From Candidatus Moraniibacteriota bacterium (GTDB lineage Bacteria; Patescibacteriota; Minisyncoccia; Moranbacterales; UBA2206): a stretch of 64,000 nucleotides of DNA. The stretch is from assembly GCA_049304095.1 (NCBI GenBank), contig JBAQNU010000022.1, positions 2,348 to 66,347 on the forward strand. The letters are read 5' to 3'. Below, piece by piece: positions 62,925-64,000 of this stretch (position 1 is the first letter of the stretch; each line of letters opens with the position of its first letter). The position numbers were made by a program, and so were the translations under genes. Under the pieces are notes generated by a model, which worked only from the letters and a program-made list of their open reading frames with translations, had not been told where the DNA came from and did not search any database.

Positions 62925-64000
62925 ATGTCAAACTTAGATAAACTCCCCATGAGCGTCGAAAAAAAAGACGTTCCCAAAAAGAATTTCCTGGAAATCACGT
63001 GCCCAAATTGTCATGGCACCAATTTTGTCAAACGCGGAACACGTCAAAAGAAAAACGAAATTGTTCAACTCTATCTTTGCAATGATTGCCAAAAAACGTT
63101 CACTCCAGGAGCGACCAAGGGCAAGCACTATCCAATTAGTGTTATTCTCGATGCAATTAGTTTGTACTATATTGGGTATAGTCTTGAGGAGTCTGTAAAA
63201 AGAGCTAGTCGAATAATTGATGCGAATAAAGAAAATATTATTGACAGGGCGACGTTGTTGGATTGGATCAATGAGTACGAACCTCTCTGCGCATTCGCCC
63301 GCATGCGCCCCCACGCCCTAAAACTATTTCCACCTGAACAAACGATCTCCAGCGCCACATTGGCACACCGCCAACTCTACCGTTTCCGCCATCACCGCTC
63401 AAAAACAATTCTCATCATCCAAGAAGACTGGAAACATAGCAAGTTTTGGCCCTTGAAAGAATTTTTGGATCTCGTGCCCGTTGAATGTCCTCACCAATAC
63501 TTCCAAGAAGGTGCTCGCGCCTCGGAAACACCACTGATGTTTTCCAAAACGGAAATGATTGTGCGCGGAAAACACAACTTTGCTAACAAGATGGCCAAAT
63601 TTGTCTTGGAATCAGTGGAAGAGCCGAAAGCTCGCCACGACGCCCTGCAGAGATTTATGTTGGCCAATGACAGCGTGACCATCGCCACCGAAGTGCCAAT
63701 TTATCTACGAAGAGAAGATTTGGAACATATGCAGACGCAACTTGGTTTCGAACTCTACAAAAAACAAACAACAGAAGAAAAAAAAGCTAACAAAGACATT
63801 GAAAAATATCCGGCTGAGGATTTGCCAAAATTGATCACTGGCCACATCGACTTCGTCCAAGTTAGAAACGGTCAAATTCACATTCTCGACTACAAACCGA
63901 ATGCTGCCAAAGAACGGCCAATTGAGCAACTGACAATTTACGCCCTGGCATTATCTCGCCTGACGGGATTAAAAGTTTTCAATTTCAAATGCGCCTGGTT
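62925..64000 (+). CDS. Zinc-ribbon + RecB/Cas4-like PD-(D/E)xK nuclease-domain protein (3' end outside window)
   Basis: Open frame from ATG 62925 to the window end. It is absent from the ORF track because it has no stop. N-terminus CPNCHGTNFVKRGTRQKKNEIVQLYLCNDCQKTF is a Cys4 ribbon of IS1 InsA-like shape. C-terminus ITGHIDFVQVRNGQIHILDYKPN...QLTIYALAL gives the D / D-x-K / QxxxY nuclease motifs. Confidence 0.6.
   Translation, partial: MSNLDKLPMSVEKKDVPKKNFLEITCPNCHGTNFVKRGTRQKKNEIVQLYLCNDCQKTFTPGATKGKHYPISVILDAISLYYIGYSLEESVKRASRIIDANKENIIDRATLLDWINEYEPLCAFARMRPHALKLFPPEQTISSATLAHRQLYRFRHHRSKTILIIQEDWKHSKFWPLKEFLDLVPVECPHQYFQEGARASETPLMFSKTEMIVRGKHNFANKMAKFVLESVEEPKARHDALQRFMLANDSVTIATEVPIYLRREDLEHMQTQLGFELYKKQTTEEKKANKDIEKYPAEDLPKLITGHIDFVQVRNGQIHILDYKPNAAKERPIEQLTIYALALSRLTGLKVFNFKCAW

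Noticed and set aside
62934-63929. Minus-strand and off-frame ORFs (62934-63314, 63013-63198, 63167-63358, 63491-63688, 63705-63929) at the window end
   Set aside because: All overlap the long plus-strand zinc-ribbon/PD-(D/E)xK frame from 62925. That frame is open to the window edge and has clear motifs.

Overview
Low-GC (about 38 % by eye) bacterial chromosomal window, coded mostly on the plus strand and lacking obvious Shine-Dalgarno sequences. The proteins are divergent and there is one giant repeat-rich surface protein. Together this is compatible with an uncultivated small-genome lineage (CPR/Patescibacteria-like), but that is inference only.

Housekeeping content:
- Ribosomal and RNA-processing genes: rpsP, rplJ-rplL, rpmF-nusB-rnc-smc, a KH-domain protein followed by trmD, hpf, proS, glyA.
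- Cell-wall genes: ftsW followed by murG-murC-murB, with a 4.5 kb four-gene accessory insertion between ftsW and murG whose last gene is Bro-N/DinD-like.
- Others: dnaX, rlmN, ispH, galU, speH, a tRNA-Gln(UUG), and an NRAMP Mn transporter.
- A copper module: csoR, a DsbD-like membrane protein fused to a cupredoxin-like domain, and copA.
- Glycosyltransferases of families GT2 and GT4, an ABC-2 exporter, a patatin, a PIN-PhoH protein, a phospholipase D, and an AI-2E transporter.

Most notable observations:
- A 9.1 kb gene (52933..62022) encodes a 3029-aa membrane-anchored fibre-like protein. It carries about 25 copies of a GNVGIGTT(S/G)PGAKL repeat whose 24-nt DNA core is near-identical across copies. 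Its C-terminus resembles a phage tail-fibre intramolecular-chaperone (peptidase S74-like) self-cleaving domain.
- A family of three 144-147-nt intergenic elements (17477, 24068, 38548). They share two conserved internal boxes, and their 22-bp outer stems differ between copies in a compensatory way. I read this as a candidate new structured ncRNA or hairpin element.
- A GC-rich CCTGCCTACC/GGCAGGCAGG palindromic repeat at three intergenic sites, plus one in-frame copy inside a short, apparently hinge-less smc.
- An 85-aa GIY-YIG nuclease ORF bracketed exactly by perfect 18-bp inverted repeats.
- Paralogous zinc-ribbon genes at both window edges. The full-length copy carries a RecB-like PD-(D/E)xK nuclease domain.
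- A pair of 20-mers matching the Neisseria dRS3 pattern, recalled from memory.

All family assignments come from reading motifs by eye. No searches were run.
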